Source of the DNA: an uncultured bacterium
Lineage (GTDB): Bacteria; UBP6; UBA1177
NCBI GenBank assembly: GCA_905235605.1
Contig: CAJOMF010000002.1
Span: 4,918-68,917, forward strand
Reading direction: 5' to 3'
Length of the DNA stretch: 64,000 bases
In this document: piece by piece, positions 9,600 through 20,126 of the stretch
How the letters are laid out: each line of letters opens with the position of its first letter
Position numbering within the stretch: position 1 is the stretch's first letter
Translations under genes and position numbers: made by a program
The notes under the pieces: generated by a model
What the model was told of the DNA's origin: nothing
The model's input: the letters and a program-made list of their open reading frames with translations, nothing else
Databases searched by the model: none

Positions 9600-11144
9600 T
9601 TAGAGCGCTTCGATGACGGAAAGAAAATAATCGACTTTTGCAAAAAGACGGGGATAAAAATTTCCCCGGAAAAAATCTTCAGGTCCGTATGCCGCGGCAA
9701 GAAGTGCGGCCGAAAGAAAAACAGACGAAAAAGCAAGTTCTTTTTCACAGAATGCGATTTTTCCGTTTTCAGTGAAAGAAACGGTGAGCGAAATCAGCCT
9801 TTTTATGCGCTGCATGATCTTTCCGGCGGTTTCAGATTTTTCTCTGCCGGCTGAAACCAGTTCAGCAAATTTTTCCAAAGAACCGTCAGCCGTTTTCCGG
9901 ATAACAGCTGCGATCTGGATCTGAGAAGTTCCTTCATAAATAGAGGTTACGCGCGCGTCCCTGAGAAATCTTTCGACTGCAACTCCGCGGATATAACCTG
10001 TCCCGCCGTGGATCTGGAGTGCATCGCCGGCGGCTTTTTCGGCTGTAAAGGCTGCAAAAAATTTTACCAGAGGCACCAGAAATTCGACAACCTGGCGTAT
10101 TTCACGGATGCTTCCGGCTGTTTCAGGTGTTTGCGGCGCGTCAAGAAGTTCCTGCATTTCATCGTACTTAGCCGCCGTGAAATAAAGCATCAGACGCACC
10201 GTTCCGACATTTTCGTTCATATCCTCAAGCATCCTGGCGACCTGCGGCAGTTCAGCGATCTTCTTTCCGAACTGCATCCTGTTTGCAGCATATTTTTCAG
10301 CTTCGTGCAAAGCTGCTTCGGCGATTCCAAGAGCCTGCGCAGCAACCGACAGTCTAGCCGCAAGCAGAAGTTCCATCGTATATTTGACCAGCCCGAAGCG
10401 CCGCCTTCCCAGAAGTTCGCACTTTGCCTTTTCAAAGCGGATATCGCAGGTGGGAGAACCGCAGATCCCGTGTTTTGCCGCAGTATTCAGAATTTTGCAG
10501 TTACCGTCCGCTCCTTTTTCACGGATAAAAAGCGAAAGTCCGCGTCCGCCGGAAACTCCTTCCTCGCTTCTTGCCAGGACCAGCATGATGTCGGCACCGC
10601 CGTTCGTAATAAAATGCTTCGTGCCGGTAAGATACCAGACACCGCTTTCTTCGCGGGCAACCGTCTCCACAGCCTGAAGATCGCTCCCCGCACCCGCTTC
10701 GGAAAGTGCCATCGCACAGCTCAGTTTTCCGCATGCGATCCCGGGAAGGATGCGGTTTTTCTGTTCTTCCGTGCCGTACAGATAAACAAGCCGGCCGGTT
10801 TCCTGCAGTGAAACAAGCGTCATAAGCGAGGCGTCGGCGCGTGAAATCATTTCGACCGCGGCTGTATTGAAAAGCCTCGGAAGCGCCTTTCCGCCGTAAA
10901 TTTCAGGCAGCACTGCCCCGACATAACCGCAGTTTTTGAGGTTTTCGATGTTTTCGAGCGTCTCTGGCGGAAGAATGACGGAATTTCCTTCGAGTTTCAC
11001 CCCTGCTCTATCGACTTTCGCCGCATTGAGCGCGATTTTTCCGCCGCAGATTTCTCCGATTTTGTCAAGAAAAGAGGAGTATTTTTCCGAATCATCCGAA
11101 AAAAGTGAAAGAGATCCTCTGATTCTGTCACTGAAAAAGTTCAT
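9600..11144 (-). CDS. Acyl-CoA dehydrogenase family protein
   Basis: 514 aa with ACAD N-terminal, middle and C-terminal domain signatures (GxxxxG...; C-terminal helical bundle). Confidence 0.8.
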   Translation of the reverse strand: MNFFSDRIRGSLSLFSDDSEKYSSFLDKIGEICGGKIALNAAKVDRAGVKLEGNSVILPPETLENIENLKNCGYVGAVLPEIYGGKALPRLFNTAAVEMISRADASLMTLVSLQETGRLVYLYGTEEQKNRILPGIACGKLSCAMALSEAGAGSDLQAVETVAREESGVWYLTGTKHFITNGGADIMLVLARSEEGVSGGRGLSLFIREKGADGNCKILNTAAKHGICGSPTCDIRFEKAKCELLGRRRFGLVKYTMELLLAARLSVAAQALGIAEAALHEAEKYAANRMQFGKKIAELPQVARMLEDMNENVGTVRLMLYFTAAKYDEMQELLDAPQTPETAGSIREIRQVVEFLVPLVKFFAAFTAEKAAGDALQIHGGTGYIRGVAVERFLRDARVTSIYEGTSQIQIAAVIRKTADGSLEKFAELVSAGREKSETAGKIMQRIKRLISLTVSFTENGKIAFCEKELAFSSVFLSAALLAAAYGPEDFFRGNFYPRLFAKVDYFLSVIEAL

Positions 11145-11151
11145 TTTCCCC

Positions 11152-12312
11152 TCACGGTCTGAGTTCGATCAGCGTGATTTCGGGCGTCGCTCCGAACCTC
11201 ACAGGCGGCCCCCACGAGCCTGTTCCGCGGCTGACGTAAAGTTTTGCACCGTTTTCGAGTTCGTAAAGCCCTGCAAGATATTTGTTGGCGATCTTCACCA
11301 GTATCGAAAACGGAAAGATCTGCCCTCCGTGCGTATGCCCCGAAAGCATGAGGTCGAAATGCGCCGGATCACCCTCCTCGAGCTCCGGTCTGTGCTTCAG
11401 ATAGATATTGAAATTTTCGTTTTTGAACTGCTTCAGAACTTTTTCGTCCTCGTGGTAAAAAACGTCAGCCTGCTCAGCACTTCTGTCCATGACGCCGCCT
11501 ACAGCGATGTTGCGCCCGACTTCAACGACCCTTCCGTCCATGAACTCGAAGCCGTTTTTCCCGATAAATTCGATACAGTCGAAATATCCCGTGTAGAATT
11601 CGTGGTTGCCGCTTATCGCGTATTTCCCCATCGGTGCCTCGATTTCACTCATGATGCCGGCAATTTTCTCAGGGTTTGCGATCCCTTTGTCCATGTAGTC
11701 ACCCGTAAAAAGGACGATGTCGGGCTTGAGAGAGTTTATCATCGGCACTATCTTTCCGGCAAAACGCTCGTCGATGACTCTGCTGAAATGGATGTCGGAG
11801 ATCTGAACGACGCGTGTGTACTGCGCGATCTTCGGGTTTTTCACTTCAACATTTTTGATCACGACATTGTCCGCCATGAAATGTCCTGCCGCCACAGTAA
11901 CGAAAGCGATGAGGAAAAGAATGGAGAAAACTGCTTTTCGCCTGCCAGAAGAGAGCTTTTTTTCATAAAAATTCCCGAAAAAACGGCGGCATAAAATCAA
12001 AATTTCAGCTGCAACGCCGTAAGCGACGAAAACGAACATGAAAGTGAAATAAAAATAGACCGCAAGAGCGAAAATTTCAGAGGCTTTGGTATTGAGAAAA
12101 GTCTTCTCCTGAAAAAGCGCAAAACCTGCAAAATTGAAAATATACAACAAATTCAACAACTTTTTAAATTGTTTCAGCCTAGGGAACGCTTCCGTCAGCG
12201 AAAAAATAAAATATCTGGTCATAAGTATTGCAACGATCATAACGACCGATGCAAAAGTGAGCATCCTAACTAAAGTCATTATTCCTCCGGCACAAAAAAA
12301 ACAGGAGAACAA
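11152..12312 (-). CDS. Membrane-anchored calcineurin-like metallophosphoesterase
   Basis: N-terminal TM helices followed by VVQISDIHFS...LFTGDY...GNHEF...GHTHGGQ motifs. Confidence 0.7.
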   Translation of the reverse strand: MFSCFFCAGGIMTLVRMLTFASVVMIVAILMTRYFIFSLTEAFPRLKQFKKLLNLLYIFNFAGFALFQEKTFLNTKASEIFALAVYFYFTFMFVFVAYGVAAEILILCRRFFGNFYEKKLSSGRRKAVFSILFLIAFVTVAAGHFMADNVVIKNVEVKNPKIAQYTRVVQISDIHFSRVIDERFAGKIVPMINSLKPDIVLFTGDYMDKGIANPEKIAGIMSEIEAPMGKYAISGNHEFYTGYFDCIEFIGKNGFEFMDGRVVEVGRNIAVGGVMDRSAEQADVFYHEDEKVLKQFKNENFNIYLKHRPELEEGDPAHFDLMLSGHTHGGQIFPFSILVKIANKYLAGLYELENGAKLYVSRGTGSWGPPVRFGATPEITLIELRP

Positions 12313-12429
12313 TAAAAATTAAGTGAATAAAATCAAATAAAATCCTGATCGCGGTAACGGAGTTCGGCGATATGAAAAGCGATGCAAGTTCCAAGACATC
12401 CGGCAGCCTCCAGTCAGCACCCGCCGAAC

Positions 12430-13725
12430 TCAATCCTGTCTGAGTGCTTCGGCAGGACTGAGTTTTGCAGCCTTTCTGCCGGGATAAACTGCCGCGATGA
12501 CAGTCAAAACAAGAGAACCGGCGATTGCCGCGATGAAGGTGGAAGGCGACATGTCGACCGGGATCTTTTCGATGTAATAGACATCCTGCGCAACCTTTAC
12601 CGGCATGTCGCTGAGGATGAGGCAGATGACAGTGCCCGAGATCCCGCCCAAAAGAGTGCCGAAAAAGCCGATTATGATACCGTCGAGCATAAAGATTTTC
12701 ATTACAGATTTCGCAGAATAGCCGGCGGCGCGAAGTATCGCGATCTCCTCTTTCTTGCCCATGACGAGCATGATGAGAGCCGAAACGATGTTGAACGAAG
12801 CGACAAGCGCGATGAAACCGATTATCAGGAACCACACGATTTTTTCCATCTCGAGAGCCGAAAAAAGAGGCTTGTTCATGTCACGCCAGTTTTTGACGAC
12901 GATCCTCTCTCCCAAATCGGCTTTGATAGATTTCTCGGCCTCGTCTATCCGCTTCATGTCTTTGAGTTTTATCCCCAGATGATCAATGCTTTTACCGGCA
13001 GAGAAGAATTTCTGCGCGTTTTCCAGCGTGATGTAGGCGTAGTTGAAATCGTATTCGTAAAGCGAGCTGAAAAATACAGCCGAGACCTGAAAAGTCTTTA
13101 TCTGCGTTTTCGGTCCGGCAAGCCCCATTTCGCCCGTCGGTGAAATTATTTTTACTTTATCACCGATATCGATCCCGTAGTATTTCGCAAGTTCGGCTCC
13201 GATCGCAATTCCGGGAAAGTTTTCCGGTTTCATCTCCCCCTTTTTTCCGGTAAATTCCTGAACAGATCTGCGTTTTTCAATGATTTCAGGACATTTTCCG
13301 GGATTTATGAGGCAGCTCATAGAACCATGCTTGATCTGCTGCGGAAAGAGCATCGCGTTTCCGACAGTCTCAGGATCGATGCCGTTTATAACAAGCCCGT
13401 TGAGCTCGTCGCTCACAGAAATTATGACATCCCTTGAAATGACGGGGGTAACACCGGCGATTTCGGGATTTTCTGAAAGTTTCTCCATTTTCGGCGCGTA
13501 ATCATCAAGTTTTCCGCTTTCGGTCGTGACTAAAGCGTGGGTTTTAGCTCCCAAAACCGTTGCACGCATTTTGTTTTGAAGACCGTCCATTATAGACTGG
13601 ACCGCAATAAGTGCCGCCACGCCGATAGCGATTCCGAGAACGCAGATCAGAGTTATGACACTCAAAAAACGCGTCCGGCGTGAGTTCCAGAGATATCTGA
13701 GTCCTATAAAAGTTTCAGCTTTCAA
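12430..13725 (-). CDS. LolC/LolE-family (FtsX/MacB-type) ABC transporter permease
   Basis: 431 aa. N-terminal TM, large periplasmic domain and C-terminal FtsX-like four-TM bundle. No adjacent ATPase gene. Confidence 0.75.
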   Translation of the reverse strand: MKAETFIGLRYLWNSRRTRFLSVITLICVLGIAIGVAALIAVQSIMDGLQNKMRATVLGAKTHALVTTESGKLDDYAPKMEKLSENPEIAGVTPVISRDVIISVSDELNGLVINGIDPETVGNAMLFPQQIKHGSMSCLINPGKCPEIIEKRRSVQEFTGKKGEMKPENFPGIAIGAELAKYYGIDIGDKVKIISPTGEMGLAGPKTQIKTFQVSAVFFSSLYEYDFNYAYITLENAQKFFSAGKSIDHLGIKLKDMKRIDEAEKSIKADLGERIVVKNWRDMNKPLFSALEMEKIVWFLIIGFIALVASFNIVSALIMLVMGKKEEIAILRAAGYSAKSVMKIFMLDGIIIGFFGTLLGGISGTVICLILSDMPVKVAQDVYYIEKIPVDMSPSTFIAAIAGSLVLTVIAAVYPGRKAAKLSPAEALRQD

Positions 13726-14704
13726 TTATTTCTCCATCTTTTTCAGGCTTATCTCCCCTTTCGGCACAGGCAAAATTCATCGTCGCGTGAACTACGAAAA
13801 CGGGGAAAAGAAATGCCGTAAGTATCGTATTTATAACGGGAATGAACGATATCAAAGTGGGAAGCAGCGCCGTTTTAAGCGTAAGCGCCGGATGAAAAAC
13901 AAGCCATCTTGCCTTTGCCGCGAAGTTCCAGCGCCTTCTCGAAGTTACGAAATCGAAAATGAGAAGCGCGTTCATAAAAAAGCAGAAAACAAGTGCCGCG
14001 ACCTGCCCCACAACGGGAATAAACCCGATAAAAAACGCGATGACACCCAGCAGGAATGCGGCTAAAGTCACTTTCAAAGCCTGTTTTACGTCTTCGATCA
14101 TGCCGGAAAGCGAAAGTTCTGCATCGTCCTGCGGTTTTCCGAAGTAGACATCTTCCGCGATTATCGAAATAAAGGAGTAAAGCGGCGAAGTAAGCGCATA
14201 AGCAAGGATAAACGACAGGTAGAAAGAAAGGACGTTTACGACAAGTTTGAAAAGAAAGGCGCTGCAAACTTTCAAAAAGTGGTAGATTTGAGAAAAAAGT
14301 TCGTCTGTAGCAGGCGTGATCTCAAAAAAATCGAGTGTTTTCACCGTGACGAACGAAGTTACGCGGTGATAAAAAAAGAAAGTGAGGATCATCATTATCA
14401 GAATGACGCCGATTGAGGCAAAAAAAAGTTTTCCGCTCTGCAAAATAGCCTTAAAAGCCTGGATCACTGAAATTCCGCCTTTCATTTCTGAAGAAGTTTT
14501 CGCAACAAATTCAAGAGCCTGTTCTTTTTTTGTCTTCCGGACTTCCGCATCCGGTTTCTCTTCTGCAAAATTAGGCTGTGGCACGATTTCAGGCTTTTTC
14601 GAGCGCGCCATCTCCGGTTTTTTGCGAGGCGCGTGCAGACTTTCAATAAGTTTTTCAGTCGATTCTTCCGATGCTGATTTCACGTTCGTTTTCTCCGACA
14701 CCAA
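13715..14704 (-). CDS. EI24/CysZ-like (DUF540) multi-pass membrane protein
   Basis: 329 aa with several TM helices and charged loops. N-terminal boundary uncertain; it overlaps the tsaE 3' end. Confidence 0.45.
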   Translation of the reverse strand: MVSEKTNVKSASEESTEKLIESLHAPRKKPEMARSKKPEIVPQPNFAEEKPDAEVRKTKKEQALEFVAKTSSEMKGGISVIQAFKAILQSGKLFFASIGVILIMMILTFFFYHRVTSFVTVKTLDFFEITPATDELFSQIYHFLKVCSAFLFKLVVNVLSFYLSFILAYALTSPLYSFISIIAEDVYFGKPQDDAELSLSGMIEDVKQALKVTLAAFLLGVIAFFIGFIPVVGQVAALVFCFFMNALLIFDFVTSRRRWNFAAKARWLVFHPALTLKTALLPTLISFIPVINTILTAFLFPVFVVHATMNFACAERGDKPEKDGEIIES

Positions 14705-15101
14705 ATCTTATTTTTATTTCAATTATCGGGCGGTGCGATTCCCAGCACTCCCTGAACATATCTGCCCACTCGACTATCGTCACAGAATTTTCAGCCTTTA
14801 AATACTCCGGAAAATCGGCGATATAAAGCTCGTCAACTGACGAGATCCGGTAAAAATCCCAATGATAAATATCGAATTTTCCTGAATATTTTTTCATTAT
14901 TACAAAAGTCGGGCTCGAAACTTTTTTACGGTCGACTCCGAGCGCCTCGCAAAGAGCTCCGGTAAAAAAAGTTTTTCCGGCTCCCAAATCTCCGTCAAAA
15001 ACAATGAGTTCGCCGCCATTAAGTTCTACCGCCAGTTTTTCGGCAAGCGCGATAGTTTCAGCCTCGTTTTTTACAAAAAAAGTCTCTCTGTTTTTAAGCA
15101 T
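14655..15101 (-). CDS. tsaE: tRNA threonylcarbamoyladenosine biosynthesis protein TsaE
   Basis: Walker A GDLGAGKT, about 148 aa. Adjacent to nnr, as in the classical yjeF-yjeE arrangement. Confidence 0.8.
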   Translation of the reverse strand: MLKNRETFFVKNEAETIALAEKLAVELNGGELIVFDGDLGAGKTFFTGALCEALGVDRKKVSSPTFVIMKKYSGKFDIYHWDFYRISSVDELYIADFPEYLKAENSVTIVEWADMFRECWESHRPIIEIKIRFGVGENEREISIGRID

Positions 15102-16617
15102 TTTTTTTCTCTGTCAAAGCTATCATTTCAACCAATTTTTCAATATCGTGCGTCACCGCGCTGAAGCGTTTTTCGAGCTCGATCCCTGCTGCCCTGTGCC
15201 TGATTACCGCATTGACGCAGCCTTCAAAAAGTTCCGTTTGCAGAGTTTCATAAGCGGCGATTCCCGTGAGCGCGTCTCCGCTTCCGCCGAAAGCGAGCGC
15301 CTTTGCTCCTGCCGGAACGATCACCGTTTTTTCAGCATCTCTCACGAAGGTCGCATGGCTTTTTGCTATGAGAACATGATTTTTTTCAAGCGGGAACCTC
15401 TCGACAAGGCTTATCCACGGCTCATTTTTATCGGCTTTGAGGGAGCGCCTTATTTCACCCTGATGCGGCGTGAATACGACTTTTTTATCTTTTAAAATTT
15501 CACCGGTTTTCTTATTTTCAGGCATGATGTCGAACATTCCGGCATCGACTACGATAACTCCTTCGAAATCTTTCAATATTTCGAAATCAAACGGGATCTC
15601 CGAAAGTCCGGGGCCGATAACAAGCGCCTGAAATCTGCGAAGTTCGTTTTTGAGTTCCGCAACGTCAGTCAGCATGAGACCCGGCATTTTTCCCGCAATG
15701 GAAGGAAGAAAATCCTTTTTGAAAGCAGCTGTCACAAGCCCGCCGCCGCAGGACATGAACGACTTTGCCGAAATTATCGTCGCCCCGACTTTTTCGACAT
15801 CTCCTCCGATAACAAGCAGGTGTCCGTTACGGTTTTTGAAGGAATCAAGCGGGATTTCACGGTTTCTAACTTCCGGATTTTCTTCAATAAAATATCTGAA
15901 ATCATTATCTTTTTCATTTACCGCCGAAATATGACCGAGGACGATTTTTCCCGATCTTTCTGTACCGTTCCCCGCAAAAAGACCGGTTTTGTAAATTCCC
16001 ATCGTCACGGTCAAATCGGCTTTTACAGCATCGCCCAAAACTGCGCCGGTATCGCAGTCAAGCCCTGTCGGGACATCGACCGAAACGACGAATTTTCTGT
16101 CAGCAGGATATGAATTTATGAATCCGACAGACTCTCTGATCTTCCCTGAAATTTCGCTTTTAAGCCCTGTTCCGAGCATTGCGTCAATAAAAAAAACTTT
16201 TCCGTAAACGTCTTTAAAATCAACGACTTGCACGTTTTCAGGCATCATCAGCCGGTTAGCCCATGCAGAATTTTCAGGAATTTTGTTCGCCTCTTTAAAT
16301 TCAGCCGCTTCCACCAGAAAAAGAGGAATTTCAGGCACTCTGTCGGCTAAAATCCGAAGCAGCGCAAAACCGTCACCACCGTTGCCGCCGTTACCTGCAA
16401 ACACGATGATTTTTTCAGGTTTCCACTCGTTGATCACACGTTTCACTTCGATAAAAAGTGAAAACGCGGCGTTTTCCATCAGAATCAGTGACGGAATCCC
16501 TGCTTCCATCGCCTTTTTGTCGAAAGCCCTTGAATCTGCCGTTTTTCCTGCCGGAACTCTCATGTTCTCCTCCCGAAAAATGCACCTAACATTATTAAAT
16601 TCAGCTGAATCTTTCAA
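15094..16617 (-). CDS. nnr: Bifunctional NAD(P)H-hydrate epimerase/dehydratase Nnr (YjeF N+C)
   Basis: GNGGNGGDG in the N-domain and GGSGD in the C-domain. The start may be the internal Met MRVPAG. Confidence 0.8.
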   Translation of the reverse strand: MKDSAEFNNVRCIFREENMRVPAGKTADSRAFDKKAMEAGIPSLILMENAAFSLFIEVKRVINEWKPEKIIVFAGNGGNGGDGFALLRILADRVPEIPLFLVEAAEFKEANKIPENSAWANRLMMPENVQVVDFKDVYGKVFFIDAMLGTGLKSEISGKIRESVGFINSYPADRKFVVSVDVPTGLDCDTGAVLGDAVKADLTVTMGIYKTGLFAGNGTERSGKIVLGHISAVNEKDNDFRYFIEENPEVRNREIPLDSFKNRNGHLLVIGGDVEKVGATIISAKSFMSCGGGLVTAAFKKDFLPSIAGKMPGLMLTDVAELKNELRRFQALVIGPGLSEIPFDFEILKDFEGVIVVDAGMFDIMPENKKTGEILKDKKVVFTPHQGEIRRSLKADKNEPWISLVERFPLEKNHVLIAKSHATFVRDAEKTVIVPAGAKALAFGGSGDALTGIAAYETLQTELFEGCVNAVIRHRAAGIELEKRFSAVTHDIEKLVEMIALTEKKNA

Positions 16618-16651
16618 GAAAACCTGAGTTTTAAGATAACTTGAAAAAGAT

Positions 16652-18199
16652 TTGGCTGAAACTATAGTCGCCTGTATTTTGATTTTGCGGGGGAATATGG
16701 CTTCAAACGGTTCAATAATGAAAAAGCTGCTCGGAGAAAGCGCGGTTTACGGTCTCTCCAGCATTGTCGGACGTTTTCTCAACTGGATGCTGGTTCCGGT
16801 TTACACGAGAGTTCTCGTCCGGACGAGCGATTACGGCATAGTTACGAATCTTTACGGCTGGACGGCGCTGATGCTCGTCATTCTGACCTACGGAATGGAG
16901 ACGGGCTTTTTTCGTTTCATCAACAAAGAGCCTGATCCGAAGCGGGTCTACGGCACGATCCTCACTTCGCTTGCTGCGACTTCAACACTTTTCGTTTTTG
17001 CGGTCGCTCTCTTTTTAAAGCCGGTTTCAGCCGCGATGGGTTACGGCGAGTACAGCGAATTCGTGATGATGCTCGCAGTTATCGTTGCGATGGATGCTTT
17101 CTGCGCCGTTCCTTTCGCAAACTTAAGGCACAAACAGAAGGCCTTCCGCTTTGCAGGCATAAAACTGGCTTCGATCGCGATAAATATCGGGCTCAACCTC
17201 TTTTTCCTTATTGCCGCGCCGTGGCTTTCAAAAAACGGTTTTTCGGCAGTGGACATCATCTGGTCGCCCGGTCTTGAGATCCGCTACGTCTTCGTTTCGA
17301 ACGTGGTTTCATCGGCTTTCACGCTGCTTGCACTTTCGCCTGATTTCATTTTCAAGTGGTCTTTCGACGCAAAACTTATGAAGCGGATTTTCGAATATTC
17401 ATTCCCGATACTTCTTTTCGGGATCGCCGGAATTTTCAACCAGACGGCAGACAAAATCCTGTTTCCTTACCTTTTTTCCGACCCTGCAGAGGCAAATTCG
17501 CAGCTCGGGATCTACGGCGCGTGCTTTAAGATCAGCGTTGTCATGGTCATGTCGCTGCAGGCCTTCAGATACGCTTATGAACCATTCGCTTTCCGCTACA
17601 AAAAAGGTGACGACACTTCGATTTACGTCGATGTAATGCACTTTTTCCTCCTTTTTTCGCTTTTCGTATTCCTCGGCATCACGTTCTATCTCGATATTTT
17701 CAAACACTTGATCGGTAGTGCATACTTTGCAGGACTTGCAGTTGTTCCGATAGTCATGCTGGGAGAGCTTTTCTTCGGAATATATTCGAATCTTTCCATC
17801 TGGTACAAACTCACCGACAGAACGAAATGGGGAAGCTATTTTTCACTTGCAGCCTGCATCATAACGGTCCTTATCATCGTGATTTTCGTGCCGAAATTCG
17901 GTTTTATGGCGTGTGCGTGGGCTTCACTCATCTCGAATTTCGTGACCATGGCGGCATCGTACTTCATCGGGCAGAAATATTTCCCGATCGCCTACCGCGT
18001 AAAAAGCGGAATTTTCTATTTTGCCATTGCAATGATTCTCTGGGCGGTTGCGGCATTCATTCCGCTTGAAGGAAAAATCGTTTCTCTCGCTTTCAAAACC
18101 GTGCTCCTCATAGCTTTTGCGGCGATAATCGTTTTAAAAGAACCGCTTCTTCGCGGCGGAGCAGTCAAAGTAAAGAAAAAACTTCTCGGCGGAAAGTGA
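16652..18199 (+). CDS. MOP-superfamily polysaccharide flippase (Wzx-like)
   Basis: 515 aa with about 12-14 TM helices, typical polysaccharide biosynthesis protein topology. True start probably an internal Met. Confidence 0.65.
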   Translation: MAETIVACILILRGNMASNGSIMKKLLGESAVYGLSSIVGRFLNWMLVPVYTRVLVRTSDYGIVTNLYGWTALMLVILTYGMETGFFRFINKEPDPKRVYGTILTSLAATSTLFVFAVALFLKPVSAAMGYGEYSEFVMMLAVIVAMDAFCAVPFANLRHKQKAFRFAGIKLASIAINIGLNLFFLIAAPWLSKNGFSAVDIIWSPGLEIRYVFVSNVVSSAFTLLALSPDFIFKWSFDAKLMKRIFEYSFPILLFGIAGIFNQTADKILFPYLFSDPAEANSQLGIYGACFKISVVMVMSLQAFRYAYEPFAFRYKKGDDTSIYVDVMHFFLLFSLFVFLGITFYLDIFKHLIGSAYFAGLAVVPIVMLGELFFGIYSNLSIWYKLTDRTKWGSYFSLAACIITVLIIVIFVPKFGFMACAWASLISNFVTMAASYFIGQKYFPIAYRVKSGIFYFAIAMILWAVAAFIPLEGKIVSLAFKTVLLIAFAAIIVLKEPLLRGGAVKVKKKLLGGK

Positions 18200-18269
18200 T
18201 TGTTTTTCTTGATTAAACCGCTTTCTAAAGCCATAATAACCTGTTTTAAGGTGTTTCGGATCTGGCAGC

Positions 18270-20117
18270 ATGATCACTATCGAAAAAGTTTTAAGGTTCG
18301 TTTCGGCTTCAACGCTTGCCGCAACGGTCATTTTCACAGTTGTTGTCGTAATCAGGGAGCTCGCGAAACCGAAAGATGTTCTTGAGCGCATCAAACAAGA
18401 GCACTGCGCCTCTGTTTCGGAACTTGATGAAGCACCTTCATTCGAATATGATCTGAAAAAATCAGAGAGCGAGTGCATTTTCGTTCCGAGTTCTCTGCGC
18501 AAAGACTCGGATTTTGCCGATTCTCTTTTCAAATTCAGAAAACTTGAGGATTTAGATTATCTTTTTGCCGGCAAGAGCGGAATTTTATTGAAAAGAACTG
18601 AAAAGGAAGCCTATTCCGCCATCTTTAAAAAATTTCTGCCGAAAAAAAACGCTGATTTTATGGAAGAGGAAGCCGGTTTTATCTTCAAATGTTTCCGCAG
18701 CGAAAAGTGCCCCGACAGTGTTCCCGACAAAAAGCGCACGATCACTGCGACAGCCTGGGATATTAACGGAAACCTGATGATGTCAGTCACTTATGAAGAC
18801 GAACTTATCTCCGCAACAGCAAAAAATCTGAAAAAACTTTTTAACGAAATAGCGAAGATAAAAAAACTCGATCTGTCTAAACTCCGCCTTATTCTCTACT
18901 TCCATTCAGAATACGCATATCTTGAAGACAAAAGCGACAACTATCTGATTACGCTACCAAAAAGCGGCGTTGACGGGCTTTATCTGAAGTCGCGCGGCGC
19001 AAAGATCAGGCTCCTTCCGTGGGAATATTCGACAAACCCCCTTTCAGTCCTCGACAGAAAAGGCTCGCAATACGGGCTTGACAAGGATGAATACAAAAAG
19101 GATGTCGCTTCAGTCTATTTTTACAGAACGACACAGTTTTCCGAAAATGACGGTAATGCGGTACCCTGGCTTGACGGCTCAACGCTAAAAAAAGCAGACT
19201 ATTCACCGAATTTTTCCCTTCACCTCATAGCGAAACATTTGAAAAACATCCAGCGCGAAGACGGCTCATTCCCGACAGAGCTCGAAACAACGGACGCAAA
19301 GGAAAAAAATGCGAAAGAGTCACTTCTCATGCAGGCCTACGGGACGGAAGTCCTTTTCAGAATGGCTGAAAGGCTTGAAGATCCGTCCCTTGCAGACGCG
19401 GCTGAAAAAACTTTGAAATACGTCCTTGAGAAAGAGGAAAAGGACGATGCGGCTGTCTCCAAATTAGAGGCAGTAATGGTCAGGCAGAAAAAAGAGATCG
19501 GCTACCAGTATCAGTTTTTCGATTTCGACCGCACCGAAAAGGCGATAACTGCAAATTTCATATATTCGGGCATTTTCATCGAGGCGTTTTCACTTCTTTC
19601 AAAAGATAAAAACAAGGATGAAAAGATCGTTATGCTGCTTAAAAAGGCGGTCTCACTTTTTGAAAGCGCAAATACCGAAAACAAGATGCGTTTTATTGCC
19701 TATCTTGCCGATTTCGATCCTGAAAAAGGGACTGCTTCATACAAAGTGATGAAAGATTTTTTTGCTTCACAGACCGGTTTTCTGAAAGAGAGGAAATTCG
19801 ACGATCGTGGTTTCATGCACGAAGAAGGAACTTTTACGACCGACAAAAGCAGGAATTATCCCGACACCTCGCTTTCCCTACTCCTTGCAGACGGCTTGTT
19901 GAAGGCGCTTACCAATGAGATGATCGACAGAGAAACAGGCTTGCGTTCTTTTGGCTTCATAACAAAACTTATCGTCAGCAGCGACGACTTTCCGAACTGG
20001 GGAAGCGTAAAGGCTAAAGCCAAGATCCAGGGCGGCGTCCGTGCGTCCAACCGCTCGAAATCGGTCAAACTTTCAAACACACTGCGCGCGGCATCTTATT
20101 TCACCCGCGTAGAATAG
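18270..20117 (+). CDS. Hypothetical membrane-anchored protein, 615 aa
   Basis: One N-terminal TM (TLAATVIFTVVVVI). No motif I can place. Coding-like composition. Confidence 0.4.
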   Translation: MITIEKVLRFVSASTLAATVIFTVVVVIRELAKPKDVLERIKQEHCASVSELDEAPSFEYDLKKSESECIFVPSSLRKDSDFADSLFKFRKLEDLDYLFAGKSGILLKRTEKEAYSAIFKKFLPKKNADFMEEEAGFIFKCFRSEKCPDSVPDKKRTITATAWDINGNLMMSVTYEDELISATAKNLKKLFNEIAKIKKLDLSKLRLILYFHSEYAYLEDKSDNYLITLPKSGVDGLYLKSRGAKIRLLPWEYSTNPLSVLDRKGSQYGLDKDEYKKDVASVYFYRTTQFSENDGNAVPWLDGSTLKKADYSPNFSLHLIAKHLKNIQREDGSFPTELETTDAKEKNAKESLLMQAYGTEVLFRMAERLEDPSLADAAEKTLKYVLEKEEKDDAAVSKLEAVMVRQKKEIGYQYQFFDFDRTEKAITANFIYSGIFIEAFSLLSKDKNKDEKIVMLLKKAVSLFESANTENKMRFIAYLADFDPEKGTASYKVMKDFFASQTGFLKERKFDDRGFMHEEGTFTTDKSRNYPDTSLSLLLADGLLKALTNEMIDRETGLRSFGFITKLIVSSDDFPNWGSVKAKAKIQGGVRASNRSKSVKLSNTLRAASYFTRVE

Positions 20118-20126
20118 AGAGGAAAC

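Noticed and set aside
10008-11994. 267-aa and 352-aa plus-strand ORFs
   Set aside because: Antisense to acyl-CoA dehydrogenase and phosphoesterase genes.
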